Shown here: positions 1 through 13,128 of the stretch, piece after piece
Numbering within the stretch: position 1 is the stretch's first letter
Layout: each line of letters opens with the position of its first letter
From: Basidiobolus meristosporus CBS 931.73
Taxonomy: Eukaryota > Fungi > Basidiobolomycota
DNA length: 64,000 nucleotides
Assembly (NCBI GenBank): GCA_002104905.1
Contig: MCFE01000026.1
Span: forward strand, 166,791 to 230,790
Reading direction: 5' to 3'
Made by a program: the position numbers and the translations under genes
The notes under the pieces: model-generated
Databases searched by the model: none
Told to the model about the DNA's origin: nothing
What the model saw: only the letters and a program-made list of their open reading frames with translations

Positions 1-204
1 ATACGAATCGTGCTTAACCTTCACACCGTTGCTCCTGAGAACCTTAATTCGAAAAGTTTGCCCAATGATGATTGGGCCCTGCCAAGAAGAGGGACCCTCA
101 AGAGGGCCACAAAATATCGGAAGGATGCATGCGATGAGCAATAAAAATTCTGGATATCCATAAGGGGATCCATCTTTTTCCTTAATTCAGGACTTTGTGC
201 AATC

Positions 205-675
205 ATGGTAAGTGACTATGAGGTTTCTAAGCGATGGATGGATTGGTCAACATTCGAAGATTCCGCTCATGTCGCTCATGTCCCCGCTGTTGTAGAAGCA
301 CCTACTGATTGCCCATCTTTCTTATAGACCACAAAGAGAAGAAATCACGGACGTAACAAGAGTGGACGCGGTCACGTTAAGCCTGTCCGTTGTGTCAACT
401 GCGCTCGCTGCGTCCCCAAGGACAAGGCCATCAAGCGTTTCACCATCCGTAACATGGTTGAATCTGCTGCCGTCCGTGATCTCAAGGAGGCTTCTGTCTA
501 CGCTGAATATGCTCTCCCCAAGCTCTATGTCAAATTGCACTACTGCATTTCTTGCGCTATCCATCAGCACATTGTCCGTGTTCGTTCCAGCGTAGGTCGT
601 AGAGTCAGAACCCCCCCTCCTAGATTCAGATTTGACCGTGATGGCAAGAAGGCCACTGCCACCAAGTCTGCTTAA
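205..675 (+). CDS. RPS26: 40S ribosomal protein S26 (eS26)
   Basis: ATG 205-207, intron GTAAGT 208 to TAG 327, exon 2 gives [39 protein letters not shown]...[11 protein letters not shown], the eS26 signature. Confidence 0.97.
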
Positions 676-855
676 ACCAGGATAATTAGTCCACTACGTC
701 AATAAAGGCTATTTGTTTCCTTCGATGTTGGTGCATGTTGTCAGGACATACAACTAGAATGGGTTTATTATTCAGATTCATATTAGATTCAGCAATTACA
801 TTTTACGGCGGTGTATAGCAGTGAGGGGTTGCAGTCAATATACATGGTGCAGGAA

Positions 856-3800
856 TCATCTCCTGTCGGGGAGACCGGACAAGAAAGAAAGCACAGCATT
901 GATACTGCTGGCGAAATAGCTGGCTTGAGTAGCTTTGGACCCAACCGTACATGTGAAGATGCTTTTGTCAGGCTGGGCCAATTGTAAGTGTTCTAGGACC
1001 TCAAACATATCCTCATCAGTCCGATCATCCCCGATAGCTACGATGAAATCTGCGTCTGGATTGGCTTCCAGTACGCGGTGAACCGCGTTACTCTTGGACA
1101 CCGAGCGTGGGAGCACCTAAAAGAGGCCAGATCAATGCCATGCTTCAGGGACAATTAGACGTTAAACTACCTCAAGGTTCTTGCTAACCGCAACAACATG
1201 AATAGGATACACGGTTCCAAGTGAGTCTTGGATGTGGTTCTGACATTCTGCTGCTTGCCAAGCACTGGAAAACGGGTTGGTAAACAGAGTGATACACGTG
1301 TGCTTGTTGACAACAAAACGACATACCCATAAGAAGTATTATCTGCCAGGCGGTAATCCCATACAAGCGCCACTTCCTTGGATTCGATGAACGATCCTAA
1401 ACCCAAGAGGTTAGATATCGGTGAGTGCAGCAGGGGAGAATGGGATGCACACAAACCTGGAGTACGTTCAGTGTAGTATTCAAATATCTAATCAGAGTGT
1501 GTTAACAATGAGCACTTCCACATTGCTCTCACACGTACGGCCTTACCTCCTTGACCTTCCCTTGCCAGCTGAAGTCGTTGTCAGACAGTAGACGCTCCCA
1601 TTTCGAATTCTGGTGCTTGATAAAACAGCCATTCTCGGCACTAAGAAACAGAACGCTCAGTCAGCACAAATCCATGAGAGATCGAAGCAGTCCGGATCGG
1701 TTACCTGAAGCCCAAGTTCGGGATATTTTTGAATACTTCGTCGAGCGATGCTGTGGTTCTACCGCTCATAATATAAACTATGTTCTTCGGATCGCTAGTC
1801 AAGCTCTCAAGAAGCGTTTTAACTCTGTCAAATGATGCAGGGTTGGAGTGAGCCCGGATGTATGGGGCCAGGGTGCCATCATAATCAAGGAAGAAAAGCC
1901 TCTTCTGGCTGCCTTGATACGCTGCCTTCGCAACAAACGGTGTTATGTGTGGGATCTGGACCGAGCTACGACGTTCCCCGTGAGCTTTATCGAGCTCATC
2001 CAAGAAGCTCTCCGCCCAAAACTGTGCCGAGTTGGTAACCACATTGTCATATAGCTCCTTCCACCGGTAGGCTCTCTCGTCATCCGGCATCGACAGTGAT
2101 TCATTGATGGCTTCTGCCAGTTGGCGAGTATCCCATGGGTTCACACGAATCGCTGCAGCCCCAAAACTACCATAGGTGCCGGCGAACTCACTAATGATCA
2201 GCGGACTACATTTCTTCTCCTGGCACATCACGTACTCATGAGAAGTCAGGTTCATTCCATCTCTTAGAGAGGTGATCATAAAGGAGTCCGCGACCGTGAG
2301 AAGGGCCAGGTATTGGTAATAGTCGATGTCTTGATGCAAGTATATCACCGGTTGGTAGGACAGGCTTCCATATTTGGAGTTGATCCGCGAAGCAATATCA
2401 GACACTTGTCCCTGGAGTTCGTTGTGTTCGGTGGTGGGGAGTGAGACCTGTAGGAGACTGACCTATAGTGCACATCGATGGTTAATCCGTATGCTGACGA
2501 CTCGCCACAAGACCAGTCAATTACCTTTCCCAGCCAGTCTGGATACATGCTCAAGAATTTCTCAAATGCCAGCATCTTTTGCCTCACACCTTTGACATAA
2601 TCAAGCTTATCGCGACCGATCACCAGCTTCTTGTCACCATATTTCTCTCTCAACGAAGTGGCGATGTCAGTGACATCGGGACTATTTCTAGAGGGACAAT
2701 CGATTACTTTAGCCGACAATCATAGGGCCGCTGTTAACCAGATAACACGTACCTTTTCTCGATGAGCGCCTTCGCATCGATGCCTGTAGGTTGGTAGAAA
2801 TGGCATGTTTAGTGGCTGTGAACGACAGGTGCATAATCGTCAACCATACCGATAGGGAAGATTCCGACCGAAATGAATCTATCATCGACTTGAATTCCTT
2901 TGGGCGAGGATTCGTATGACAGAATTCGACTGCAGTTCTCAAGGAAATGCCGGGCAAATGAATAAGTCTGCATGGCGACCCTGTGAGTTGATGGGCTTGA
3001 TCAGACACTACAGTCAGATGAGAGGCTTACCTGAAATCCAACCAAATCAGCGCCCAAAACCCCCTCCAGGATCTGACGACGCACTGTTCACCGCGTGTTA
3101 ACTACGTACACACTCAAGTCAACGTGATGAAATACTAACCATGAAGACATCTGAAGATTTCCGAACTAGGGAATGGGATATGGAGGAAGAAACCAATCTT
3201 AGCCTCGGGGATTTTCTCGCGAATCATTGCTGGCAGAAGCATAAGGTGATAATCGTTGACCCAAACTGGTATCGAGGCGGTTAGTAACTGGAGAAACCGC
3301 CAGGGGATCCATGAATGGCTTACTTATATCCCCAGGCTGATACACCTCAACAACAGCGTCGGCAAACTTTCTGGTCACCGACAGACAGTGTTGCCACGCC
3401 TCATCCTCATACCCAAGAGACTGTGGGTACTCCGGAAGAATATAATGGAACATTGGCCACAGTACCTAAATCTAGCATTAGCTTTGATCAATCTTGTGTA
3501 ATCGTACTGTAGGTCACCTGTTTGCAAAACTTGTTATAATGACCGTCCATCTCATCATCGGAGAGGAAGACCGGATGGCAATCATATTTGCTTTTCAACT
3601 CCTCCTTGATCGCGTGGCGATTCCGCTCACTAAGCTCTTCAGTAGATATGGACAAGGTGCCAATCCATGTCCTGGATCCCAGTTTATCCGCGATGGAGTT
3701 CACTGCGTTGTGTAAGCCAATATTTCCCACTGAGCATGGGGTCACTCTCCACGGGGAATCCGGCGAGGTAGCTGAGACGGACTTTCTTCTTTGATGCTTT

Positions 3801-4126
3801 TTCGGAGAGGTTTTGTTTTCTTTTGCGGAGACAGGAGGGGTGACTGCCGGCGAGCGTGTTGGAGAAGCATTCCTGCTACGAGGGATGCTGAAATCTCTCT
3901 CGGGTCTAGGATCCGTTAGTTCCTTTTTCTTCTGCATCATACGTTCGATTAAACTTCCTTGCGGCTCATTTCGTACGTTATCTATGGATATTTTGGGAGG
4001 TCCAGGCTGGGATTTAACTGTGCTTTCAGAGGTGGCGATCACCTTATCCTCCCAATCGAAGGAAACGGTCTGTGGAAGAAAGAGGGAGGCCACAATCACA
4101 TTCTTTCCAACTTGATCAAAGGACAT
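856..4126 (-). CDS. TPS2: Trehalose-6-phosphate synthase/phosphatase family protein, TPS2-like (multi-exon)
   Basis: GT20-type segments ([39 protein letters not shown]) followed by HAD phosphatase motifs [11 protein letters not shown] and [10 protein letters not shown]. Confidence 0.9.
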
Positions 4127-4404
4127 GGCTTTACTGGGCTTCGGAGGTTCTTAGAAAGGGGAGGGAAGTTTATTGCGCTCAGTGACGTTTTACCTTTAAC
4201 ACTAGAACAAGTTGATTACGAGGAACTCTACAAATAGGGGCTTTGAAATAAACTTTAAGGTGAGGAATGGGAAGTAGACTTGGTTCTGGTAGATATATAT
4301 ATATATCCTGGGCTTTTAAGCTGATTTGAATAGATAGGAAAGCTATTAGGGCGATCATTTCTACAATATCGATTAGACCAAATAGCAGCATTAAATTTTA
4401 CACA

Positions 4405-4424
4405 TGACGTAGCCAGCGACGTCA
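4405..4424. promoter_or_regulatory. Two CRE/ATF-like sites upstream of TPS2
   Basis: TGACGTA at 4405-4411 and GACGTCA at 4418-4424, about 280 bp upstream of the TPS2 ATG. Motif match only. Confidence 0.3.
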
Positions 4425-5097
4425 CAAATCAACCCAAATTGAAGAAATCCAGTCAACCATCATGTAAGATATGCCACCAAATCAACAACCACTGTATAGT
4501 GGTCAAGTCATGGTTATTCCAGGATGCTTTTCATAATTGGCAGGCGGTGGAGAGATTGCTGAAGCTCTTCATTTACTGCCGCCCAGCGAACTAAGCCACA
4601 TTTGATCTGCGATTCCGCCTGGCAGATTTGATCAGAATACTGAGTACTAGTACACGTGGAGTGACCGAGAGCGGCGGCCATAAACCCAATATAGCTGCAT
4701 GCTACGTACTTTCCGATTAAATTAATTAAGCCATTCTTCCCATCAGCGAGTACAATGATTGGTGACTGCCGTATATAGGGAAAGCCCCACATCCACAAGT
4801 ACCTAATCCTAGGTGGCACATTCTAGAAAGGCCAGCATTCTTCACGTTCCGATCACCAAGAACATTAACCAACATGATTAAATCAGCGCCGAATATGTAA
4901 ACCAGGAATCAGGATGATGATTAAGCAAACCACGCCGCACGTCGCACACCAGCAAGCAAACCTGGAGTGTTCCTCAATCTGAAATTTTCCAAACTGCCCA
5001 ATCAACTTTCGGCCAGGTGAAGTTGGGTGATTGGGAATTAAAAGAAATTGAACGGCTTATTTGTAGGTTCTCTCTTTTGCGTGTGAGGATCACTTCA

Positions 5098-5810
5098 ATG
5101 GGTAGAGTAAGTGTTGTTTACCAGTAGCTGTATTCTCTGTTGCTGATGTGAAAGAGTACAATGGAACCTACGTTATCATCCATCATTAAGCGATAGCCAT
5201 CCATCTATGGGGCAGGCGCGATGTGTACCCCATCACCAAAGAGAACCTTGTGTGTGAACAAGTACTGACATTTTGACTATTACTAAAGTTGCACGAATAT
5301 CAAATTATCGGCCGTAAGCTTCCTTCGGAGAAGGAGCCAGTCCCAAGACTCTTCCGTATGCGCATCTTCGCTCCCAACGAAGTCGTCGCCAAGAGCCGCT
5401 TCTGGTACTTCTTGACCAAGCTCAAGAAGGTCAAGAAGGCCGCCGGTGAGATCGTCTCCCTTAACGAGATCTTCGAGAAGAACCCCTTGAAGATCAAGAC
5501 TTTCGGAATCTGGCTTCGTTACGATTCCCGCTCCGGTACCCACAACATGTACAAGGAATACCGTGAATTGACCCGCAACGACGCTGTTGAGGCTTGTTAC
5601 CAAGATATGGCTGCCCGCCACCGTGCTCGTTTCAGATCCATTCAAATCATTCGTGTTGCTGAGGTTGCCAACGCCGATGTTCGTCGTCCCTACATTAAGC
5701 AACTTATGGTTCCCAAGCTTCGCTTCCCTCTTCCTCACCGCGTTGCTCGCCCCGCTAACAAGGCCAACCGCAGTCTTTTCATTGCTAAGCGCCCTTCTAC
5801 TTTCTATTAA
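5098..5810 (+). CDS. RPL20: 60S ribosomal protein L20 (eL20/L18a)
   Basis: Exon 1 ATG GGT AGA 5098-5106, intron 5107-5288, then [41 protein letters not shown]...[16 protein letters not shown]...RPSTFY. Confidence 0.97.
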
Positions 5811-5930
5811 GCTAAACATCATTTCCAATTTCCTTTCTGTTCGTTGAATAAACAAGCAACAGACTCGATCTATCATTTATTTCATTGCATTTATATATAT
5901 CATCTGTTTTAGAACTATGCAATGGGAAAC

Positions 5931-7268
5931 TCATGGAAGCTGGATTCCTCGAGATTCTAAAAGGTTGGTGAACTTGATGAACTGCTCAGCCGTAACATCT
6001 TCGGGCCTCTGGCTGTCTTCCATTCCGGCCAGGGGGAGCAACTCCAAAAGCTCTTTGTCGAAGTCCCTAAGAAGAAGATGTTAGCAGGGGCGTTGGCGAG
6101 CCCAGGGGGAAAGAAATAGGCAAACTTGATGATGCGGGCGACGGTTTTTCTTCTTTTTGCAAAGAAAAATCGGGCCACCACTTCCAGCGTGCTATAGGAG
6201 AAGTCGACATGATCATATTTGGGTAGCAACTGAACAACGCATGCGTCGACCTAGGGAGGTGGTCAGTACCTGTAGGTGCAGATAACTCATGTGGACCCAC
6301 CTTGGGTTTGGGAACGAAGACCGATGCTGGCACGTTGTATGTTTTCTTGACATTACATATTGATTGAGCCATGATCGAAATTCTACCGCGGTCTCTGGTG
6401 GATGTGGGCGCAGCGATTCTCTGAATTAGATCCAAGTCAACCAACTATGCTACACATACATACGGCTATCTGTTGAACAGCATACCTCGCCCACTTCTTT
6501 CTGAAACATGAGGGTCATACTGATATTCCTGAACTCGAAAATCCCCTCTCTTTTAGAAACCATCTTGAGCCATTGGATCAGGAGAGGTGAAGCGATATTG
6601 AAGGGAAGATTGCCCACTAAATGGACGCTGTTGATTTCCTTGGCATCTGCTTGGCTTGAGTATGCACCCACATTACGAAAGAATGCACATGAAAGGCGTA
6701 CCTTTGATCGACGAAATTCCAACCCTTTTCAATATATCCTTGTGGTCAAGGGTCAACATATCCCCTTGGATTACTTTCAACCGATTCCCCGTAGCATCGG
6801 ATAATTGCTATTGTTAACAGTGCAAGGTTATATTCATGCTGCGCACAAGGGTGAGATTTTGCGAGGTTACATTTAGTGTTGGTAAAAACCGGTCATCCTT
6901 CTCAACAACGACTACATTCCTTGCGCCGGCCCCAAGAATTGATCTGGTTAGAAGCCCCGGTCCTAACAACGTTTGATTCAATAAGCATTCGGTGACCATA
7001 GGGTTTTGAAAATATTTACCTGGGCCAACCTCTACCACCAAACTTTGGTTCAGATCGAGATTGGCGGTTTTTATGATCTTGTCTGTTGATTTCCGAATGC
7101 AGCATATGGTTAGTACTGAATAGTCGAGAGTTCTTCCATTCCGACCGTACCAGTGACATTGCGGTCGAGAATAAAGTTTTGACTAAGCTGTTGTCTTGCC
7201 GTCAAGCCGTATATTTTAATCAAATCTCTTACAGCCGGAAGCGGCGGGAGCTGTACTGGTGGTCTCAT
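5931..7268 (-). CDS. KsgA/Dim1-family rRNA adenine dimethyltransferase, TFB1M-like (multi-exon)
   Basis: MRPPVQLPPLPAVRDLIKIYGLTARQQLSQNFILD, VVEVGPG/GPGLLTRSIL, VVVEKDDRF, VGNLPFNIASPLLIQWL, LMFQKEV, FVPKPKVDACVV. The N-terminus resembles metazoan TFB1M. Confidence 0.85.
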
Positions 7269-7454
7269 TATCTACTTTCTATACTATGAACACACTATCA
7301 AGCACTTTCCCCGCACAGTTCTTGACTAGGTGGTGATGGAGATTTAGAGAAAATTTCCGGAAATTTTCGGGGGGAAAATATTCTCGAATACTTTGGGGTC
7401 CAGTATTATATACGGAATCTCACTGAAAAGCAACTTGTATCTTTTGCACCTCAA

Positions 7455-8119
7455 ATGACTAATCTGAACATGGAAGCCCGCAAGAAACCCCATTCACAAA
7501 CGCCTAGGATGCTCAAACTGCGCACGTATGATCCTTCGCCATCTGGGACACTTTTATCATCAGTGCAAAATGAGGTTCCTGTCATTCAACTTCAAGGGGA
7601 CAATGTAGAATCAGCTGCCGCGAACCTCAACCATATTTTCGCCTCGAAGAAACCGGTGAGCGAAGTCGGGTACCCCCTTGGTGGAACCAGCACATACAAT
7701 GCCAACAAAGCGAAAAGCAGAAAAGGTACGTGCGGTTCTTATTTATCCAAGATAACTCATATTGACACGACTGTAACAAGTGGGTATTAGCTTTGCCAAC
7801 ACTACGCAAGCCTTGTGCAAAGATGCGTCAATGTACTTGTACAAAACAAACGAGAGGATCCACCTTAAGCTACCGCATATCGTACGAGAGAAGGTACCGT
7901 AGACTGGCATATTGGCTCCTCCAAGTAAACTGACTTTGGATATCTCAGAGAGAATTACGTAGTATTGTGGAGGCCATAAACATCGCCGATTCAGATCTCC
8001 GAGACGGAGCAGTAGCACTTGACGCTCTACGGTCAATGGAAAACATGAAGAGTACGATCGATTTAGCTCAAAGGACCATCGAATTGATGGAGCACATAAA
8101 CGAAACCAGTCCCAGATAA
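7455..8119 (+). CDS. Probable BORCS8/MEF2BNB-like small coiled-coil protein (multi-exon; 5' exon structure uncertain)
   Basis: Spliced 3' exons read LCKDASMYLYKTNERIHLKLPHIVREKRELRSIVEAINIADSDLRDGAVALDAL, matching the spacing of BORCS8 LANEPSVALYRLQEHVRRSLPELAQHKADM as recalled. Confidence 0.55.
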
Positions 8120-8426
8120 ACCAGAAATTGGAATTTGATTATCATGCAGCAGGTGGTAAGGGGAATTTTATGAATGCTGATGATTTTTCTTTTTTTTTGT
8201 CGGATGCGACGCGGGACTTCATGGAATCGATTCTGATGTCTTTTTCATAGGCGTGTCTTGGGACCAGTTCCTTCTTTCTCGTATTGGTTTTAATCCTTGG
8301 GGAACATCAAGTAGGCATTGTTTTTACGTTAATAGATGGCTCGGTCATAGTAGATGGATTCCGCGCCAGTGTCAATTCGCTTTCAACAATTCTAACTCTT
8401 CGGTTTTGCTCACTGCAGATCTCATT

Positions 8427-8897
8427 ATGTCGGCTGATCTTACCTGGCTCCTTGTTAAGGATAACTCTAGCTTCCTTGTTAAGCGTAGCGGTGTTCAATT
8501 CACCACCGAACCTAACAACCTTACCAACTTGAACTCCTTCAAGTACTCTGGTTTGGCCAACGCCAAGGTTGTCGGTGTTGAGGCCAATGCTTCCGGTAAG
8601 GGAGTTGTTCTCACCACCAAGAAGCAATCTGTTTCCAGCGGTAAGCCCGGTAAATCTTTCCAAAAGGTTGCCATCTCTGGTTCCTCCCGTAGAGCCGCCA
8701 AGAGCATTGTCAATGCTACTGCCCGCTCTGGCTACCGTGCTGACTTGCGCAAGGTAAGTTGACATTAAGCGAGTTCATTGGAGTCTCTTTTAACCAATCA
8801 TGTTTAGGCTGCTCTCGGCCGTCTTTCTGCCATTCTTGCCGCTCAAAAGCCCAAGAAGGTAACCAAGAAGGCTGGTCGTAGTACCCTCCGCAAGTAA
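8427..8897 (+). CDS. RPL28: 60S ribosomal protein L28 (eL28)
   Basis: MSADLTWLLVKDNSSFLVKRSGVQFTTEPNNLTNLNSFKYSGLAN...GYRADLRK, intron 8754-8808, then AALGRLSAILAAQK. Probable 5'UTR intron 8281-8418 after a pyrimidine tract. Confidence 0.95.
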
Positions 8898-9215
8898 ATT
8901 CACAAAGATAGCTTAAACCGAGTATCATTGTGCATTTCCAGCGTAACTTTCGACTAATGTTATTTCCTACACCTTGTTTAATAAACATGATTACTACGCT
9001 TCAAAGTAACTGGATTAAACCAACTCTTATTCCATGTGATGTGATTAGTAATGTTTTGATCTGATCGACGAAAAGCGCACTGTGCGACCTTTTACGATCC
9101 TTGCATTGATCATCCTGCATCCCAACATTCAATTGGAATTAGTCTGACAATCATCCAAACCGACATATACATAGATCAAGGGAACTTCTTCGTAGTGCAA
9201 CAACTTTACCAATCC

Positions 9216-11592
9216 ATGGAAGAAAGTAAATTTGACGTTATTGTGCTTGGTACGGGGCTTGTGGAATCCATCCTTGCTGGGTATTTACAGTATTCGTAGG
9301 TGCAATTTCTCCTACCTTTACTGATTCACCTTGTTTGCAAAGTGCCCTATCGAGGGTCGGGAAGACGGTCCTTCATTTAGATAACAACCAGTACTACGGT
9401 GGAAGATGGACAGCCCTCACTCTAGTTGATTTTATTCAGCATTTTCAAAAAATACTTGGTAATTTTCGGGTGCCATTCGAGCCCTCCATTTCGAAGTTAA
9501 CTTGTATATCCTCCTCTTAGTGGAAAAGATTGACTCCGCTCAAAGCAACCAAGGTAGTGTCTTAGCTTCAATACCAAGTTTGTGGACCCACCCACTAATG
9601 AGGAACAGCTCCAGCTACTGACCCCGATCCAGGGGCCATCGACTTTTTCAGCAATTACGCAAACAGCTTCAAAGATATAGATATGCAAATTTACCCTGAA
9701 GCTTCGGAAGGTGACTCCCCGGCTGAAACGGAGGTGGAAACTTCAGAGGAAGTTGCGAATTTTATACAGGAGCTCATTGGCTTGTTATCGGCGCAAAGCA
9801 CCTGCTCCACGATCGCACAGAAAATAGAAGCCTTCGCTAAACTCACGCTCGGGCTCAACGGCCGAGAGTCCGAGGGCGCCGTTGCCGTAGAGTCAACACG
9901 TCAAGCGATCTTACTCAAGTCTCGGTGGACGGGGGAGCAAAATGGACAGGAATCTCTAGTTCGATCATGCGTCAGCAGGCTAAGCAATGCCATCTCCCGA
10001 ATCACAACCTTGCTCCAACGCAGCAGACAGTACAATCTTGAATTGGCGCCCAAGCTTCTTTGTTGTAGCGATCGGTTGATTGATGATTTGGTTGCGTCCG
10101 GGGTTTCCCGGTACTTGGATTTCAAATTGTTGGAAGGGACTTACATGGGATGGTCAGGGAAATACGACAAGGTACGTTGCCAAAGAACCTTCGCCTTGAA
10201 TCCATGCCAACTGATCTACGATCTAGGTGCCATGCTCTAAAGAAGATATATTTACCAGCAAAAACCTGAGCCTCATCGAAAAGCGGAAGCTCATGAAATA
10301 CCTGACTTACGCGATGGACACTTCCGCAGACCCCACCATCATCAATGGTAAGTTGGTAGACTTCGACAGCAGCGGGAGTACGGGAGCTAACCCAAACACT
10401 CAGAATACCAGGACCAACCTTTCGACAAGATGTTGCGGGAGAAGTTTCTGATCAAAGACAACCTGTTGAATGCGGTGATGTACTCAATCGCGTTGATCCC
10501 CACCGGAAAGGAGGCAGAAGGTATTTACCATGATCCGTGGATTCCATCGAGCTGAGAGTTCTGACCCTCCCTGTAGTCACCAGTGCTCTGGGAATGGAGC
10601 GAACCCAGAGATATCTGAAGGCGTTGGGTAGATACGGGAACTCCGCTTATCTTCATACCATGTATGGCAGCGGCAGCGAGATTTCCCAAGGATTTTGTCG
10701 GTAGGTACCATTTGGAACATCCCCACGCTGGCCATTCCTAAAGCACCCACAGACTTTCTGCTGTGTATGGGGGTACATACATGCTAGGACACAACATCAC
10801 CAACATCCACTTCAAAGAGGACGATCAAGTGTTTGAAGTCGCCTGCCAAGACGACCACACCTTCGAGGCACCGCTCATCGTCGCATCCAGTGACTATCAA
10901 TCAAAGCACCTTAACTGCTCCCAAGAGATCAAGTAAGCACTTGTTTAGCCGCGCCAATCACCACCTCTGTTGCTTACACACAAGGTCTTAGGACAACGGC
11001 GATATCGCGGGGGGTTTTTTTGCTCAATAAGCCAGTGTTTCCCGAGAGCCAATTAATTAAAATTGTCACACCGCCCTCGTTTGTCAATAATCAAAATCCG
11101 GTATTTGCCCTACAGGTGAACAATGGAGTACAGGCATGTCCCAAGGATCAGTGTAGGTACAGTTTGAGGCACCAGGCGCAGCACACCCTCACTAACAAAG
11201 CCCTCAGTCGTTGTGTATATGTGGACTCTCTCCTCCAGCACTGCCCGAGAGGATCTTTTCGAAGTGGCAGAGTCACTGCTGAGCCTCGACGGTGCCCATG
11301 GTAAGTGGCCGCTATCTAGTCTGTCCAGTGCCACGCTCGAACCTAACTCTGCGTAGAAGAGAAGCCGGAGGTCCTTGTTTCCTTGTTCTATCAACAGACC
11401 GTAATCAAACCAGATCTGACCGATAAAGCACCCATGAACCTATTCTTGACCAGTGATCCAGATCACGAAATTGATTTCGCCAACATCGCACAAGAGGCCC
11501 ACGAAATATTCAAGCGAATCTGCCCTGGTGACGAATTTCTAGAACCCACGCCCGACCCCGAAATCGAGGCAGAGTATGTTCACACCGAATGA
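9216..11592 (+). CDS. Rab escort protein (REP/CHM/Mrs6-like; GDI superfamily), multi-exon
   Basis: MEESKFDVIVLGTGLVESILA, LSRVGKTVLHLDNNQYYGG, long insert, YNLELAPKLL, SGVSRYLDFK, VPCSKEDIF...LIEKRKLMKYL, GRYGNSAYLHTMYGSGSEISQGFCR. Confidence 0.88.
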
Positions 11593-11808
11593 CTGGTGTA
11601 ATAAAGAGCCTATCGAGCCGAGTGGCTGGTGGGGTAGTGAGCCTATTCGGAGGGTTTATTTATTTCGAGTCTTTAGTGCATTACTTCGCTCTACTAGATT
11701 TAGGCAAACATCAACGAATACAAATTATAGATACATGAAGAATAACGGGTGATGGGCGACAATTGGATAGATTATACTCCAGGTAAGCCAAAAGCCTCGC
11801 AACACTGC

Positions 11809-12457
11809 CTACTTGGTAGAGGCTTTTGCATATTGCTTCTTCCCAACGGTGAATGGAAGGTACTTGTATCTGATCATGTGCTGGATCTGACGCTTCATCG
11901 TCAGGAAGAACAATAGAAGGAAGTACATCACGAGGATGGGCCAAAAGACCGGCAGATCCAACGCCTCGAAAAGTGTACAGAAAAGCGAGAAGATGGTGGC
12001 TTTGGTGGCCGAGTACCTAAAAAATAAAGAGGGTTGAGCATCGGGGGCTGATGCGGGTCAGCATGTCATCAAAGAGCGCTCACCAGAATTTGAACTCCGG
12101 AAGTCGGCGGACGAAAGGTCGGAATTCCTCGTCAGACTTGGTGGGAAGTGAAGGGCCTTCCTCGGACTCGTTCTCCATTTCCAATTCCTCCTCAAGCGCC
12201 GGATCGAACTTGGGGGTCAGGAAGGCGAGAAACAGGTTCAGCAAGTAAATGCCTAGGGCATAGCACACAACGTACCAGCCTTGGGCGATGAGGATGCGCA
12301 GTGTGAAGGTAAACAATAGGCCAGCAAACGCAGCCCATCTCTGGGTTACGAAGGGAGTGGTGGAATCAAGCCAGGCCTGGTACTTGCGCTCAAAGGCGAT
12401 CTGGTAAGCGGAGAATTTGGAGAGAGTGCTACCTTCGGGGGCTTCATCCATGTTCAT
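11809..12457 (-). CDS. RER1: Golgi-to-ER retrieval receptor Rer1
   Basis: QGWYVVCYALGIYLLNLFLAFLTPKFDP, EEFRPFVRRLPEFKFW, intron, then DLPVFWPILVMYF...TMKRQIQHMIRYKYLPF. Confidence 0.95.
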
Positions 12458-13128
12458 TTTGAGCGTTACAAGGGAAAACCTTCACCGGTGGATGGGCAGC
12501 GTAAGGATATTAAGAGCAAAATCAAATTCTTTGAAGGCGAATAACCAATCAGCCACCACCAACAGTAGTGTGATTCCCCCAAATTAATGAAGATGGATAA
12601 GGATAATCCCAGACCTGTGTTACTAGCAGCAATGAAGCAGTTTAAACATGGAATATTACCCGCTAGCCATGGGCCAATGCAAGTGCTGTGCAATCGCTAA
12701 GAACACCACTGATATTTTAGTCCCACAATCGTCTCAGTATTGTGTGACTACACGATTTCATCAATTTTCACTTAGCATGTTTGTTAACATGCCCGTGATT
12801 CATTCGCTCTCCTAATCAGGTCTCTTTCTGCCACCCCATTTTTTCATTAGATAACTGGTGTTAGCTTCATCTTAATTCGATTAAACTCTCCTTTAACCGC
12901 TCGTTTAGTATTTTTTTATCCAGTTTTCTTCTTAACATCTCCGGCTTCATTTGTCCCTGACCATAGTGTAACGGAATCCTTAAACCTCTCGAAACTATCT
13001 CTACGACTGACGCACCTCAGGTTCTACGCATTTGACAACAACGTGCGCGATTGCCTTTTCTTCTTCCTCCGCTGTAAATCCACTCACCCTCGTTCTTTAC
13101 TTGCTTCTCGTATACAGACTTTTCCGCC

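Noticed and set aside
4514-4900. 101-aa minus-strand ORF with intron-like signals between TPS2 and RPL20
   Set aside because: I could not build a consistent spliced frame with a start codon, and no motif was recognised.
5283-5876. 197-aa minus-strand ORF (also 322-570 and 8307-8765)
   Set aside because: Antisense shadows of highly codon-biased ribosomal protein genes.
8175-8240. TGATGA...CTGA as a box C/D snoRNA
   Set aside because: No terminal stem or recognisable rRNA-complementary guide, and mostly a T-run.
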